A stretch of DNA of 43,017 bases, from IMG/VR virus record IMGVR_UViG_3300048998_000084, positions 1 to 43,017 of that record; one strand, written 5' to 3'. Both the position numbers and the translations under genes were made by a program. Below are positions 42,247-43,017 of this stretch, in pieces (the stretch's first letter is position 1; the number at the start of each line of letters is the position of its first letter). This stretch comes from a virus. Lineage: Duplodnaviria; Caudoviricetes. Under the pieces are notes generated by a model that saw only the letters and a list, made by a program, of their open reading frames with translations, was not told where the DNA came from and searched no databases.

Positions 42247-42522
42247 ATGGACCCGACGCACGCACAGCTGATTCGAGACCTGGCCGAGGCCGCGCAATAC
42301 CGCTGGTTCGGTCGGCCGACCTGGGGCGCAGGCCACCGCGCGCGCATCGCTGCTGGCTGCGCCGCACGCGCCATCGGCAACCACGCGCTCGCCCAGCTCG
42401 AGGACAGCCTCGACGCCGCTGCCGAGGCTGACGCCGCCGGCCGGTTCGCGCTGCTGGTGAGCGCCTCGATCGCCGAGGCCCGCGCGCGCCGCACAGAGCT
42501 TACTGCCGCCGTGAGCGGCTGA
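42247..42522 (+). CDS. Hypothetical Ala-rich protein (first PL gene)
   Basis: GAGG RBS. Confidence 0.6.
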   Translation: MDPTHAQLIRDLAEAAQYRWFGRPTWGAGHRARIAAGCAARAIGNHALAQLEDSLDAAAEADAAGRFALLVSASIAEARARRTELTAAVSG

Positions 42523-42535
42523 AAGGGATCGACAC

Positions 42536-42709
42536 ATGACCGAGGACGAGAAGCGCGAACACGACCAAGCCTGGTGGGCCACCTACCGCGCCGCGCTGAC
42601 GGGCATCCACGCTGCCAACGAGGAAATCAGCATCGACGAGGCGCACGACCTCGCGGTGATGGCGGCCGACAAGGCGCACGGGCAGCGCACGGACGGCGCC
42701 GAGATCTGA
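42536..42709 (+). CDS. 57-aa hypothetical protein (MTEDEKREHDQAWWATYRAALTG...)
   Basis: Hand-translated; AAGGGA RBS; fills the gap between its neighbours. Confidence 0.6.
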   Translation: MTEDEKREHDQAWWATYRAALTGIHAANEEISIDEAHDLAVMAADKAHGQRTDGAEI

Positions 42710-42747
42710 CCGCGGTTGAGAGCGACATCAAAACAGGGAGACACGTC

Positions 42748-42987
42748 ATGAGCATCTACCAGGGCTGCAGAGACGAGAGCGACAACGAGGCACGGCGCCG
42801 CGAGTACCGGCGTTTGCTGACCGAGCACACGAAGGCCGAGCGCGCCGTCGAGGCGCTGCTGCGCGAGCTGCGGCACTCGATGCCGAGCGAGCGCGCGGAG
42901 ATCAAGGCCGACCTGCGCAGCGCGCAGATCCACGAGCGGCAGCTGCGGGACGAGCTGCACGCGCTCGAGCAAGGCAGGGCCGCGTGA
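42748..42987 (+). CDS. Coiled-coil hypothetical protein
   Basis: ATG after AAACAGGGAGACACG. Confidence 0.65.
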   Translation: MSIYQGCRDESDNEARRREYRRLLTEHTKAERAVEALLRELRHSMPSERAEIKADLRSAQIHERQLRDELHALEQGRAA

Positions 42988-43017
42988 CCAGTTCGTATGA
43001 CAGCTGGAAAGCATCCG
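42891..43017. repeat. Terminal direct repeat, right copy
   Basis: Identical to 1-127. Confidence 0.97.

Overview
The window is an essentially complete, GC-rich (roughly two-thirds GC by eye) temperate dsDNA phage genome. Bases 1-127 are identical to 42891-43017, so the unit circle is about 42,890 bp. The layout is lambdoid/P22-like. A divergent cI/cro immunity region lies at ~40.8-42.2 kb. A + strand early operon wraps the contig end (small ORFs, Sak4-like AAA ATPase, Xis-like HTH, tyrosine integrase, candidate attP). A - strand early/middle operon carries a replication initiator with internal 11-bp iterons, a RusA-like resolvase, many tiny membrane/Zn-finger ORFs, a MazG-like NTP-PPase, an M15 peptidase endolysin and a wHTH protein. 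The - strand morphogenesis operon is podovirus-type: terminase, portal, scaffold, capsid, adaptor, nozzle, three ejection proteins and fibres, with no tape measure or tail tube. An antisense island of nine small ORFs, a tRNA-Tyr(GTA) and a SutA-like ORF sit between the middle and late genes. A Myxococcota-like host is an inference only. The most interesting signals are: (1) a fibre module in which a 141-aa 'bead' protein accompanies a 1015-aa protein with 19 tandem 20-aa repeats, a LamG-like N-terminus and a GH16 hydrolase tip; (2) an AAACAGGGA(GACACG) start-associated motif in 8 copies; (3) a TGCAAC-N3-GTTGCA palindrome at the late-gene control regions; (4) a SutA-like RNAP-binding ORF in the late-regulator position. 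All protein calls rest on recalled motifs and synteny; no searches were run.
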